A stretch of 64,000 nt of DNA from Botryllus schlosseri (lineage: Eukaryota): positions 992,001 to 1,056,000 of the forward strand of contig CM119372.1 of the NCBI GenBank assembly GCA_051294905.1, read 5' to 3'. The notes beneath the pieces are model-generated. The model did not search any database. It was given only the letters and a program-made list of their open reading frames with translations, and had not been told where the DNA came from. Made by a program: the position numbers and the translations under genes. Each line of letters starts with the position of its first letter. Position 1 is the first letter of the stretch. Shown one piece after another: positions 12,435 to 25,970 of the stretch.

Positions 12435-13062
12435 CAGTAGGGCTCTTCAAAAATGACTTTTTTTCTCAAATCGTACTGGCTACTTGATAAAATTGTTAGG
12501 TTACCTCATTTAAGCCTACACACAAAATTTGGTTCAATTCCAGCCAGTAACCGCTTTGCTACAGGAGAAGAAAGTTTCTATTTAGTATATAAAAATAAAT
12601 AATAAAAAATTTGAAAATTTTCTGTTCACCCCATGAAAATGTTAGGCTGTCTATAGAAACGATGCTCACCAAATTTGGTTCAATTACAACCAGGGGAAGC
12701 GGAGTTATTGCCGTTGAAAAATTTGGATTTGAATAAAATAGTATTTACGGTGACCGATTTTTGTTTATTTATTATAGTTGTGCTCACCGTAAATACTATT
12801 TTATTCAAATCCAAATTTTTCGACGGCAATAACTCCGCTTCCACAGGTTGGAATTGAATCAAATTCGGTGAACAGAACATTTTCAAATTTTTTATTATTT
12901 ATTTTCATGCAATAAATAGAAACTTTCTTCTCCTGTAGCAAAGCGGTTACTGGCTGGAATCGAACCAAATTTTGTGTGTAGGCTTAAATTAGGTAACCTG
13001 ACAATTTTATCAAGTAGCCAGTATGATTTTAGAAAAAAAGTCATTTTTGAAGAGCCCTACTG
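12435..13062. mobile_element. Fold-back MITE with TA target duplication (Tc1/mariner-type)
   Basis: TA|CAGTAGGGCTCTTCAAAAATGAC...GTCATTTTTGAAGAGCCCTACTG|TA. The element is self-complementary over nearly its whole length. Confidence 0.9.
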
Positions 13063-14452
13063 TACAGACATTTGCCATCCTCATGTTTGTGAATGAACTC
13101 CGATTTGATATGAACTGACCTTGATTTCTGTCGCATTACTTTTGCCTAGTCGGTAGTTTACGTTCCAATCATTTGGAAAATACTGTGTAGCTATAACTGG
13201 AATTCTAATTTGATTCGGAAAATTTGCCACCAAAGTCAAGGCCGTGCCGCGAACGTTTCATCTCAAAGCGATACCACGCTGCGATGTTTCTGACTGCGAT
13301 GGGAAAATCCAAATTTAATTAAAAACAGGCGAATGTCCGATACCAAAACCTTGACTGATGAAGTCCTTGCCCCCATCACGAATTAAACTAGATAAGTTAA
13401 TTCTCGACATATCTTACACACCAGAGCTGGTAGACTATATAGAACACCAACAATATCAGGTTCAGTTCACATCACACCAGAGTTCATTCTCATAAGCACG
13501 AGAATGGCGAATACCCGCACGCCAAGCTTTGCTCGATTCGCACTATACACTTGTCCTGTACTATTTTAAGAAAACCAGATATTTAATTATTATTAAAATT
13601 AGAGCATTGAAGAATTTCACATGTTAGATTACTGCCATTCGGCATAATTAGTGTATCTATACTATCAAAACTATCTATAGTTATCTGGTTCTGATAAAAA
13701 CATGTCCCAACACGACTCAATAAACCCAAACTTCCTGTGATGTAAAGATTTCCCTTGTGTCACTAAATTTCCTGTCACTTGTCCCAAGTGACATGTTTGA
13801 TAAATGTCGCCTCTGTGTTCTGAATCTTATCTCGATCAGGAGCCGTTACATAATCGTGCGAACTGCATCGCTCAATATTGCCATCGATTCGTGCAAAAAT
13901 ACGAAAACATCTCTCACATACCACATGAAATATTTTAGCCGTGAGACACGCGCAACGCATATATCGTACCAGAGTTTCCCATTTGAGATGGTCGAAAATC
14001 AGTTTTAATTGTAAACAACATTGTTGACAAACATTATTTGACTAGGTGACGCGAGGTAATAACTATTTCTTGTTGGCAAGAAGACGTAATCGTTTCGATG
14101 CCAGTGGTTTACAAGAAATGCCACGTTCATACTGAAATTAACCGCACTCGTTTCTAGAACAACTAACATGTAAACTAAAATTTGAGCTGGACACAATGAT
14201 TCGAGTATACTCGATTATCAGTCAAGTATCAATTGTAATGATTCGAGTATTAGGACTGGGAAAAAATCGAGTGATTGAGTGATTCGATTCTGAATCGAGT
14301 ATTAGGCTTCAAGTCAAGTCGAGTATCCTTCATTACAGCAGTATGAATGCTGTAGAAAGTTCAAATATGTGCTTTTAGGCGATCACAGAGAATGCAATGA
14401 CGGCTTTACGTCACGTCAAAGATAAATTCGTATATTTTCGACCATACACACC

Positions 14453-15317
14453 AGTGTTGGGATGATTCGAGTCACCTTTTTCGTATGACTTGACTTGAAT
14501 CGAGTCACTTTGCAAAATAACTTGACTTGACTCGGCGTTTCAGAAATTAGGATTGATTCGTGAACCCGAGCAAACTCACGAGTCAAATTCACGTCCTCAA
14601 GTGATCGGTGTTGATAAAAATCACTGTATCTTGCCTATGTTCGGATTGTTCGCGAAACGCTGTTGTAACCCGTGAGAGCCACCAATCATTCAATGATCGT
14701 GCATTTTACTGAGCCTCCTTTGTTCTCTCACAAATAAATTGACCCCAAAGAAGTGATCAGAACTTACAGTATACGTTGTCGTAAACTAGTAGTAATGTAA
14801 TTTGTAGCAAAATATCTATGTATTGCATCTTATCAATTCGCTTCCCTATTCTCTATTTTGGTTGGTAATTATAAACTGAGTCTATGCAATTACTTGGTGG
14901 TTTAGCAGTTCTATGTATATGTGAGCGATACAGCGCCTTCTTGCGGGTATATTTAACTCTATATTCGTTCATCGGTTCAAAATCAAACAGCTAGCAAAAT
15001 ACAATGATGTAATCATGCCTCATACTTCGAAAAAGCAGCATGACTCGTGACTTGACTTGACTTGACTTGACTTGACTTGACTTGACTTGACTTGACTTGA
15101 CTTGACTTGACTTGACTTGACTTGACTTGACTTGACTTGACTTGACTTGACTTGACTTGACTTGACTCGATTTGACTGGAGTCACCTCCAAAAATCGAGT
15201 GACTTGACTTGACTCGAGTCGCCTTCGAAAATCGATTGACTCGACTTGACTCCAGTCAAAATGTGGAATGACTCGAATTTACTTGCGACTCGAAGGTTAT
15301 GACTTGATCCAACACTA
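14453..15317. mobile_element. MITE with GACTCGAGTC/GACTT subterminal motifs
   Basis: Ends are CAGTGTTGG...CCAACACTA, flanked by ACACAC on both sides. The element contains an expanded (GACTT)n array. Confidence 0.6.
15049..15167 (+). repeat. (GACTT)n pentanucleotide microsatellite, ~23 units
   Basis: A perfect tandem GACTT run. It accounts for the spurious VKSSQ-repeat ORF. Confidence 0.97.
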
Positions 15318-18300
15318 ACACACTTTTTGACGATGCTTTGGATTGATCGCGGCTTCATAGAAATGTCATTTCCACTAGCGTGCTAATGTACTACATGTTT
15401 CGTATGCTGAGATGCGATCAGTCGAGGTACTAGAATCATTGTACCCAGCTCTACTCCGTAATGAGCGCAAATTCTACACATGTTCTGGCCTGCGCTGTTC
15501 CCTCAACAAAAACATGAGAAACATCTACTACCAGCCCTTGATCAATAATAAACCACCTATTCTGTTATTGTATGTCGATCGTAGTGTATCTTCCCACTAT
15601 TAATATTCATCGCCCTGCAGTCACATCACGAATTCTCGTATTTCTCAAACAAGGCCTTTCACCGGGTCACGACCCCAAAAACAATCGTGTTTTCTCACTG
15701 GTTCACAATATAAGCGCACCCACTGAACTCTACGGTGTTAATTTGACATTCATGTCTACAATGCATAAGTACAAAGCTCGTTTACAATTCAAGGAATGTT
15801 ACGGCGTTCTTTCGCGAGACAATAATTGAACTCTAGCGAATTCCCGCTGTTTTTCGTGAATTGAGACTCCTTGCGAAAACACGATCTTATACGAGTAAGT
15901 GCGCATGGCAAAATACTTGTAAATGTGTAATTTGATTCAAAATCGACGTTTAGTATTCGAGTAACAGTTATTACAATATTATCTCAGTAATAATGACGTA
16001 TGGAAAGTTAAAATACGCGCATATTATGTGACCATGGCCACAAAGACAATAATTCCAGTTCTACAACACATTAAAGGATATGTTGGTAATTTTTTGACCG
16101 TTCCTATGTCATTTGTGACAATGTTGTGGGTTGGTCACGACGAAAATATCGAAACTATAATTCTCGTTGATACTATTGTAAGATATACGGGTCCGTGGAT
16201 ATACGAGCATGCGACACATGAACTTGAGGGTAAAATTACGGGTCAGGGATGGGCTTGGGATGGGATTGTATATAGGGGCGGATTATAGTTTGGTTGGGGA
16301 TAGGAAATATGTAAGGGTTCATTTCTGGGTTGCATGTGGGGTTAGGGTTAGTTTTTTGGTAATATAATCACAGGCTGAAGTGAAGCATACGAAAGTGTCC
16401 CATGGCCATTGCTCAACCCTACAACCATACAATGTTCTTTCCATTCTCTAATAGTTCCTGACGATTACACCTGACGAGTGTCACAACGGTTTATTTCAAT
16501 ATGAATATTGAATATATTACTCAATTGTTGTTGTTTTGGTATTACTGTCAGTATATTCTTTCTCATTATTCCTGGATATTCAATTTTATACTAAAACTAT
16601 GCAGCTCCAAGACACTCTTTCTAGTAATTCTAGATTTGCGTCGCCGGCATGAAAATTCGAGTATTTCGTACTCGGAAAAATCGTCTCCCACTAGTCTACC
16701 CGATTCATATTCGAGTACTCGAATCATTGTATGTCAATCCCTTTACAAACAGACTTTTGATTAGCTTCCATAAATGCATTGCACATTCAATTGGAAGTAT
16801 CGCGTTCCCTACGGATATACGTTTTTGTGGTCTTGAAAGGTTCTTTGCTCCCGTGAAATTGATTTGATCTTGATGCACATGATACCGCTAATTGATAGCC
16901 ACAACATTCACATAAAGCATGCACATATCTGATATTCACAAAAAATCAATAGCGCCTCACTATACGCGTCATTTCGCTTCGCGAGAAATCTATTATTTAA
17001 TATATTATTTACGTCTCATCAAGGTTAACCCTACATCTATACGCGCGATGAATTCCATTCTGTTGGTGAATGAAGGACGGTCACATCTTATCTAAATCCA
17101 CATCTCTATGCCCAAGCGCAATACCTTCCATACTATGGAGGTAAATCACTTTGAATCGCGCGAAAGATGCGTGTCACAATAACTGCCACCTTCGAATTCT
17201 AAATATACGTCGTCATTAGGGGTGGGCATTAGAGTATTAGAATCCGAATCCGAATAAACTAATCTGCGAGGCTCCCGCAAACCCCAAATTTTATTCGCCA
17301 AAATAAAATCTGTCCCGTTACATTGTAACACATAACTATAGAATACCGGTGCACAAAATGAACTGTACATCAACAAGAGTGTTAAAAGAACAGAACCAAT
17401 AGGACTTTCACCCAAAACGAAATGATAATTTTCAATATTTACTGCAAATTAGTCTGGCGTCCTCTGTATTGGTATGTGTGTCTTGTCCTCCAGCAAACAC
17501 CTGAGACTGGATCAGCGAAGCCCTGGAGTTCGTGTTAACCACGGTTCAAAACCACCGATGTAGCGCAAAAGCTACGACCGTTAGTGGAAATGGAATTTCT
17601 GCAAAGTCCTGATCAACCCGCAGAATTTTCACAAAGTGCAATGATCAAATAACCAAAATATATTTATTATGACGTATAGAACTGGCATTATTTCCTTTGC
17701 GATCGTATACAAGGTACACGACATCCACAGTTTTATAACGTAATGACTGATACTCGAATATACTCGACTCGAAGCGTCATATTCGCCTCTGATTCGATTC
17801 ACTCAGGTACCACATTTTGCCCAGCCATATATTCGTCACAAGTTCTTTTGCTTCTGTTTCCCTCTCCGTCTCTTTCCGTCTCTCGAACTATTCGAGTTTG
17901 GATTCGACTTTATATGATATACAACGTATTTCTAACTGGCTGTAACTTGACTTAAATGCGGTACTACACGAAGGTATTGCTTTTCTCCTTCTATTGATTT
18001 TCTCAAAGGCCAGGTAATAAACCCAATATGATTATAGGATGTAATAGAGCAATGTCTGTGCGCGATATCTGCATATCAACCGCACTGCCGCGGCACCATA
18101 TTACAAGCTAACGCTTCGGATTAGCTTCGTGGTGTCTTATTTACAAACAGAAAAATAGCGACAGCATACGGATTCACATCACAACACTAATTTATGATCT
18201 CAATTAGCCCTATTGATATCGATACTAATAAAAACCGATGACTAGCGCCTTCACGAATAAACTTGATATATTCGGCCAATATTCAAAATATATGGCATTA

Positions 18301-18379
18301 ATCTTAAGACGAATTTCCGAGACTTCAGAGCATTATTTGAACAGCTTTACAACCATTTCTATGCTTGGATATGAACATA

Positions 18380-18915
18380 AACCTCGCCGTCCGCCACATG
18401 CCACCTCATTTTGTCGCTTGCGTCTTATATTCTTCTCTGAGAGAGAGAGAGAGAGAGAAAGAGAGAGTCTTTATTTTCATCGAACCAAAATACATAACAA
18501 ACGGCAGTGATGGTGGTACAGAAAATATGCGTGCACAGTGTTCGGTATTAGATAGGAATGATCGATAAGACCGTGAAGGTCATCTAGTCTGATCACACCA
18601 GCATCAAACAGGTACACTTGACTATGAACAGTCTGGCTGTAAAGAAATGTTTAGTGAAAGGAAAATAGAAAAAAATTAAACAATGGTAGCAAATGATCAA
18701 TGAAGCAATGTCTGGGCGAGGTAGGGCAAGAGTGTTAGTGTATTAGTGCATTACTTTTCATTCAGTGTGCATGCCTCTTATTTACTTCGCCTAGGCTAAG
18801 GTGGGTGTCTGATCTTAAAGGCTACTCCAAGTTGTTTCGACACCTTCCTATCTTTTCATTGTATCGCAGTCTTGTGATGTTTTGAAATGATGAAAATATT
18901 AATAAACCTTATTGA
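18380..18915 (+). mobile_element. LINE 3'UTR fragment, interrupted at ~18439-18750 by the 3' end of a second retroelement in reverse orientation ((TC)n tail)
   Basis: The flanks match the 3'UTR at 60880-61120. The insert is the reverse complement of ~62510-62905, which ends in AATAAA followed by (TC)n. Confidence 0.75.
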
Positions 18916-18950
18916 TTGAAACTAGAAATGCTGCATCTGGACACCTGTAG

Positions 18951-19357
18951 CAGAGGTGGTCCGTAACGAATCACTTCTACTTTTGTATATAGTACTCCAT
19001 TAGGTTATGCCTTCTTGGACTAATTACTCAAGTCAGCCAAGTGGTTACGGTTTCAGACTACTTCTACTTATTATGCAAAACTAGACCTAGAGTATAGGCC
19101 CTACTTACTTTTTGACGTACTTGGAAATCCCTACTGTAAGTAAAGGCGGTCAGTAGCAAATCGCTTATAATTTTAAAGAGTAGGCCTAGTCCAGTAGATT
19201 CGCCTGCTTGCACTAATTACTCAAATTGCTATGATTTTAGGATACTTTGAGTTTTGACGGCGAATCTAGACTCTACTTATACTGGTCCTCAAGTACAAAT
19301 CTTCGACGTTACTTTTCGTGAGTAGGCTACCAACAATGACAACTTTGACCACTTCTG
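18951..19357. mobile_element. MITE with CAGAGGTGGTC...GACCACTTCTG ends and ACTACTT-rich interior
   Basis: 11-bp TIR with one mismatch. Related fragments occur at ~24270-24400, 29000-29420 and 55500-55660. Confidence 0.55.
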
Positions 19358-21642
19358 CCTGTGAGCTGTTAAAATAGATTAATAGTCCCAGTCTTGAAGT
19401 CGCAGATTATAGATCTCTGACTCCCTAATATACCATGTTGTGAAGTCACCAAAATTGCGGATATAATTTTTTATCTCCGATGGCTGATACCGATATCTAT
19501 TTTAATGCGTTATATCGAATCGATATTATTAACCGATATACCCAGCCGTGCTCTATAGTCCCGATATGATCTGAATGCAAGCTGTCCATGACGACAGCTG
19601 AAGTCAACCAAGCACGACCGCCACCGCTGAAATTTAGATTCATCAAACTTGGATCGGAGAATTAGTAGTTTACTGTTTGCAGTGTTGACGGGCCTCTGAT
19701 CTATTCGGAGGTTAATGCGCTGCAGCTGACGGGTTGACTGTCTCACGCTTGGTTTGAGAACATGATCTATTGCTAGCTGTGTGTTGCACCTGGGGACTGG
19801 AATGGAATCTTTCTATGTTAGGGTTATCATACTATATTTTAAGATCCGAAAAACAGGACACTTTCTTCAAACTACAAAATTTGCAATACCGCACGAGAAA
19901 ACGGGTAGTATGGAAATTTTTATGACCAATGTTAGTTGAGTGAACAGAAGGTCATTTTTACGACTCGGCTCCCGAATGACCTGCTCCCAAGTATAATCGG
20001 TTAGTCATGAGATGACCCTATTTTTTTAGTCAGCCTACCAGCGACGATCGGTGTTACTGTGTTTCCTACTAAGTTTCCTTCAATTTCGTGTGAATCCAGA
20101 TTCCACGTTTGTTGTGACGTTTTGTAGTTTTAGGTATGTAGCCTACTGTACAGTGTACAGTCGCCTAGCTCTCAAAGCTATAAAAAGAGGGCGGAATGCG
20201 AAGAAAGGAGACATTTGGTCGTCCTCCGAGCACATTTTACATTTCCCGAAAAAAGAGAACAAATAGTATTCTATATAAAGTACTGTGCGCTGCCAATAGC
20301 TGCATTCGACCCATTAGAAGGGCTGGACATAGCATTTTGAATACACGAATCTGAATCTAGTGTTCATTGTAATGATTATAGTCCAGTAGTTACAGTTAGC
20401 CTACACGCGATTTTGAGATCAGAGGTTCCCGACTCATCGCCCCCCCCCCCCCTATAAATACGGATCCAAAAAGAGGACATATAAACGTGAAATTTAATCA
20501 CCTAACTCTGATCATTGGTGAATTGACTAATAAAAACATCATTTTCCGAGTGCCATATACGCCGTTTTCATTTTTGGTAGCGGTTATTAAATGTAATTTA
20601 TTGGACGTTATATTTTCTCCCCTACCTCCCCCAATCGCCCCTCTGAGATATTTTCACTGTCCGCTTGTTCTCGAAATCGCCACGTTGGCAACTACTGATC
20701 TAACTCAACCTGACCTATCGACACATTCATTTTCATCACTGGTCGTTTTATGATATTCCTTTTTTCTTTCCATCCAGTGTGCATCCCCATTATTTACATC
20801 GCCTAGGCCAGGTGGCTGTCTGATTTCTAGGACTACTACTCCAAGTCATTTCGATACCTTCCTATCTTTTCATTGTATCGCAGTCTCGTGGTGTTTTGAA
20901 ATGATTGGATTAATTGATAAACTGATACTGATACTAATACTGATTCGTTTGGTCGTATCTTATTGTGGTTCGCGCAACAATACTTGCACTGAAAGTAGGT
21001 CTCGAACCGGAAAAGCTAGGGAAGAACTGGTCCACTGTACATAAAAAGCACTGGTATAAATCTAAGTTACCGTGGAGAGCTGGATTGCGGTGATGCCGGT
21101 CAATCCGTGATCGTTAATTAAGCGTTAGTAGGCTAATCGATTGGCTTCCGTTGTACAGATGGCGATCAGCCACTAATCGGCGAATTTTAATCAGTTAAAC
21201 TATAGAGATTGTAGTCCATCTCTACAGTTGAACGTTACTCTCTAAAGAATCTGCATCTCAGCCTCCAGGTGACCTTGCTCGCTGATTAAATTATCCTCGA
21301 TTAGGACAATCGGGGATTGGCGATTACTTTTCAATCGCTATCTGTGCAATTCACTCTGTCCTTTGGACGTTTACTCACAAGTAATAAACTACTATAGTCC
21401 AATCACGCGCAGGACTGAACTTAGAAAACGATTACTTGATTCAAACTATGCGGCCATTTTCGCAGCCGACGTGCAGTGGCACCCTGGCGTGCGATCGTGG
21501 CGACACAATAGACAGCACAGCGTTTCGGTGCTCTCTAATCTTGCGGAAACAATTTTCATAATGCAATGCGATTTTGGAAAGGTAATTGTGACCTGTTTTG
21601 AATGATATTGACATTTCTGTGTGCTAATAATTCCGTTCGTTG

Positions 21643-21643
21643 G

Positions 21644-21678
<35 letters not shown>
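21643..21678 (+). repeat. (GATT)n microsatellite
   Basis: Tandem TTGA/GATT run. Confidence 0.9.
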
Positions 21679-21680
<2 letters not shown>

Positions 21681-22044
21681 GGTAAATTACACTAAAGAAA
21701 TTAAACCATGCACTAATTGTAGTTACATACCTAAGTCCTAACATCAACGGTGAGCATTGCTAATTGAATGCGTAAAAGGCCGCGAACGACATGACCACAT
21801 ATATGTTCAGTTCATATGTATATAGTTCACAGACAGAGCTATTGATTTACGGATTTTGCAGACATATTACCACTGTGCACAACGCCCAGATTTACTCTCC
21901 GCGCCTCCATTTTCTCTCAACGCCCCACAATCGCCCAGTTTGTTGCTAGCACTGTATCTTTATAGCATATTACATGTGGTGATTTGGTGATACGATTGTT
22001 GATATACAATGTTCTTCTCAATTCTCTGCTAGCTGTTGTCGATT

Positions 22045-22078
22045 ACCCCTGACGAGTGTCACCCGAAAATATTCGGGT
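22045..22078 (+). ncRNA. Minimal type I hammerhead ribozyme motif (Penelope-like repeat)
   Basis: ACCC-CTGACGA-G(TGTCACC)C-GAAA-ATAT-TC-GGGT. Stem I is ACCC/GGGT, the CUGANGA and GAAA cores are intact, stem III has a palindromic ATAT loop, and the cleavage triplet is UUC. Confidence 0.7.
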
Positions 22079-22328
22079 TCATTTCAATATGAATATATTA
22101 TTCAGTTGCACATTTATATCTATTACCTGTATATATCGTTTGTTACGGTTTTATCGTCACTAGTCCGTGCTCACGCTAACACTAGAAATGATATACTCGT
22201 AATGAAATAGATCCGAATATTTGGGCTGACAACTCGCCAGGCGTAATCGTCAGCAACTAGCAGAGAATTGGAAGAACATTGTATATCAGAAATCTTTCCA
22301 ATTCTCTACTTACTAGTTGCTGACGATT

Positions 22329-22362
22329 ACCCCTGACGAGAGTCAACCGAAAATATTCGTAT
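22329..22362 (+). ncRNA. Minimal hammerhead motif with degraded stem I
   Basis: ACCC-CTGACGA-GAGTCAACC-GAAA-ATAT-TC-GTAT. An inverted degraded copy lies at ~22210-22290, between this copy and the one at 22045. Confidence 0.5.
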
Positions 22363-24408
22363 TTATTTCAATATGGATATATTATTCGATAGTATATTGC
22401 AGTTCTGTACCTCTAATAAGCTCTTCAAATACTAAAAATATTATAGATGGAGTTATGAAACACGTTAGCTGTGTTCTCATAATAGATATAGGATATGCTC
22501 GCGTTCACACAGAACCTTTCGACAAGGTTCGCGTTCACACGAACCTGAACCTTTCAGAGGTTCACACAATTCCTACTGTTTCTACTAAACTGATACTGTA
22601 GACTGCCCTGACTCTAGAGCAGTTGTTGCAGGCGCAGTTGTTTATCAAGACACTGTGATTCCATTACAGATTAATTCGAACCACGATTGTCATAATCTCC
22701 AACATTTAGATCAGAAATCTACGTTTCAATCTGCACTAATGTTAAACGGAAATTAGAAAAATACGAATACTGATATGCGTCATAACCTATACTTTACAAC
22801 TACGGCGCTTGAAATGCAGAATCAGTTCTCAGGTGCGGGTAACTGTTTTTCGGAATCAGTACGATAATAACATTCGATTAATACAAATTATTCTAATTTC
22901 CGAGCAGCTTATGATGAATCGCGCTGTCGCAGTTGAATCTTGGATCGCCAGTGCCTCACCTATCCTACGCGCTATATGTTTGAAGAAAAAATACGGAAAT
23001 CGCATAATTATGCGTGTAAAAATGTCCACAATTAGTCATTCATGAGTATCCGTAGGAAAATACTAATACTCGTTGAAGATGTCCACAATTTTATTTGACG
23101 GGTGAGGAGGCACTGCTTAAAACCTGTCTCTCCCGAGTTCACGCCCTGAATGAAGTCATGTCATTCGCAAATCTATAATAATTTCTGTCTCGATGGTGAA
23201 ATGATGAGTAAAATTTCCGCCTCGCTGATAGTTATTAGCTACGGAGCTGAATTTCATAAAATACAGGCATAATTACTACGAGAAGAAAGTCTCTTTACTA
23301 TACACCTTCATAACTTCTCAGTGTGTGTATGCAACGCATTGTTGCTTCTTAGCCATGCCATCTTGTAAGTGATTAACATCTAAATTATCATTTGTCTTGA
23401 AAATGTTGGCCTGTGTTTACTCAAAAACTAATCTGATTATTAGCCGAGCAAAGCTAAGTCAATAAAGTACTAACCTAAAGCCTAGAAGATGACACTGATT
23501 CAGGAATCCATCGACTATCAATCACGGATGGATGGGCATACGAAAAATTGTCTTGAGACGATATCATTTAGCTATTAGTGAAGAGGTTTTATCGATGTGA
23601 TCGAACAGCTGGTTGCGTTTCTTGTTTATGATTCTCATTTCCTAGATATGTATTAGTTGGGCGTAGACATATTCCATGAATGGACTTCCAAATATTCTTT
23701 AGTAGTTTATGAAACCAAAAGTAAGCTGACTTTCTGCTATTATACTCATGTAATTCTGTCGAGTAGAATGCAGGGCTAGGAAAATTCGAGCACCTGAGTG
23801 ATTCGATTCTGAATCGAGTATTAGGATTCGAGTACGTAAAGTTCAAATATGTATCAGTACCTTTTATACCGCCACAAAGATTATCATGCCAGTACTACAT
23901 CACATTCAAGATAATATGGTGTTTTTCGACCATACCTATATTTCATTGCACTCAGTTACATTGGTGTGAGTTGATCGCGACTTCACAGATATGTCATTTT
24001 CACGAACATGCGTAGCTTTGGATGCTGTGATACGACCAATCGAGATTTCAAAGCTTCCATGTGGAAAAATAGCATCCAAACTATAATTCTTGCTCATTAA
24101 TTAATTCTTAGCGGAAAAGAGGCGTATCATTTTAGTGCTCGAAATATCATCTATCAGTACTCAACTCTAATCATTAGAATGAATACTCGATTCGGATAAG
24201 AGTGCTCGAATCATTGTGCGCTGCTATGGTAGAAAATATAGTTTTGGAACCAAAATATATATTCAGAGCTGGTCACTGGTTAGTAACGAAGTACTTCTAC
24301 TAACCTTGAGTAGATTTTACCTAGATAGCTGTGGTTTAGTTCAGACTACTTCTACTTCAGAATTCGACTTTTCTAGACAAAACAATGACCATAATACTTA
24401 ATGTTCTA

Positions 24409-25083
24409 CAGGGTTGTAACCGAGTCACATGCCAATCTCACTGTTATAGTTTTGACTCGAGTCAATTCGAGTCATTTTCAATTCAACACCGAGTCAATTC
24501 CGAGTCCCAGTCAGTGAGTAGAGGGTCGAGTCCGAGTCATAGTGCTGTGAATCGAGTCGAAGTCATTGTGCTCACTGTTCAGTTTGGAGTTCAATCCTGT
24601 TCAAGCCAGCTCACTCTGTCTGTTCACTCTGCTCGAGTGATATAGAATGGCTCGCATTCATAATATCGTAATTTTTCTCAGTTCTAAATAACAGTTTCTG
24701 ACCGTATTTTCCGAGCATCAGGGACAGACGAAATACCCATAATGTTGTGACTTCACTACTCTTAGAAGTTACAATGAAATGTCTGTCTTGGCCGTCCTAG
24801 TCTCGAGTCATACGACTTGGTTCGATTCATGCACAATGACTCGAGTACAAGTCGAGTCAATTCACGAATTGAATAGAGTCGAGTCATCAAAACTCGTGAC
24901 ACGAGTCAGTGGCGTAGGAGCATATGCTGTCGACCATGGCTTTCGTTGAAAATGCCGCCCAAATTGTGAAATAGTTTCAATCGTTTCAACTCACATTTTG
25001 CCGCCGCCTAGCAGCCTGCCGCCGCAGAGCTAAAAGCGCCAAGTGGCTGCTACGCCGCTCACTCGAGTCATTACAATGCCCTG
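24409..25083. mobile_element. CAGGGTTGTAAC-family hAT-type MITE with a nested small MITE (24907-25060)
   Basis: Same family as 46706-47273. The nested element CAGTGGCGTAG...CTACGCCGCTC is flanked by ACACGAGT and ACTCGAGT. Confidence 0.7.
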
Positions 25084-25819
25084 CTGTTTTACGTGCTTGG
25101 ACATCACGACTTCTACTTGTAGGCTACTTGAGTAGCCTACCAACGATGACTACTTTAACCACCACAGCTCCCCCATTGACATAAATACCTGAATGCTCCA
25201 CCACTTCTGGTTACAATCAAGTACACTAGCCCTTTTTGCAAAATCCGCCCACCTGAATTCTATCCGAAACAAGTACGAAATGTAAGTAGATATTTGTGTG
25301 TGCTGTATGGGAATTTCCTTCGATGAGAAGAATTAGCCGGCAGCACGCCTTATCGCGTCTGATTAGGAAGTCAATATTTGGAAACATATCACCCGGTGTG
25401 AAGCAAGATATGTATTGATTATAAAGCAAGTCGAATGGCCTATTTACCGTACGCTATTTTCACTGTGTCTATATATATCGGTAGGTCTATGCGATGAATA
25501 GCATTATAGCTTTACAACAAACAGATTGACCACCGGTAGATGATGCTATTGGAATAATCCAGAACCGCCGGTCCCGGTCCTCCAAATTTATCACACTTTT
25601 CCAATTGCAAAATGCAAGAAATTATACACTTGTCGACACCAACAAACCGCTTGCAGAAACTTTTACAGAGCCAAGTATGAAATGTTTCTAATATTTTCCT
25701 TTGAGATCCAGATACTTGTTATGATCACGATGATTTTTCGCGGTTTGTTGAGCTAAAAAGCCGTAAGTTTGAGAACCACTGGAATAATTTCAATAATTTC
25801 AAGATAGCGTAATTAACAT

Positions 25820-25970
25820 TCAATAGCGTAATGGTGGAGAGTCCGGCGCCTTGATCGGCAGGTAGTGGGTAGAAACCCCGTCCGGTTCAGACCAAAGACC
25901 TGGTTAGTAACACTTGTATCCATGGTTTCCCTTCTTGGTGGCGTTTTTGATAGCACAGAGGGGTGGAGCA
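25820..25970 (+). mobile_element. Degraded tRNA-derived SINE
   Basis: A-box TAGCGTAATGG and degenerate B-box GGGTAGAAACCC at tRNA-like spacing, followed by CCGGTTCAGACCAAAGAC. No intact cloverleaf. Confidence 0.45.

Noticed and set aside
12675..12886. Overlapping similar ORFs on both strands (also 32129-32634)
   Set aside because: A by-product of the palindromic MITE sequence. No transposase motifs.
13345..13390. Another hammerhead core (CTGATGA...CGAA)
   Set aside because: No GAAA and no stem I or stem III pairing.
14991..15191. VKSSQ-repeat ORF
   Set aside because: It is the translation of the (GACTT)n microsatellite inside a MITE.
25820..25900. tRNA gene
   Set aside because: It has A/B-box-like motifs but no closable cloverleaf, so it is treated as a SINE head.
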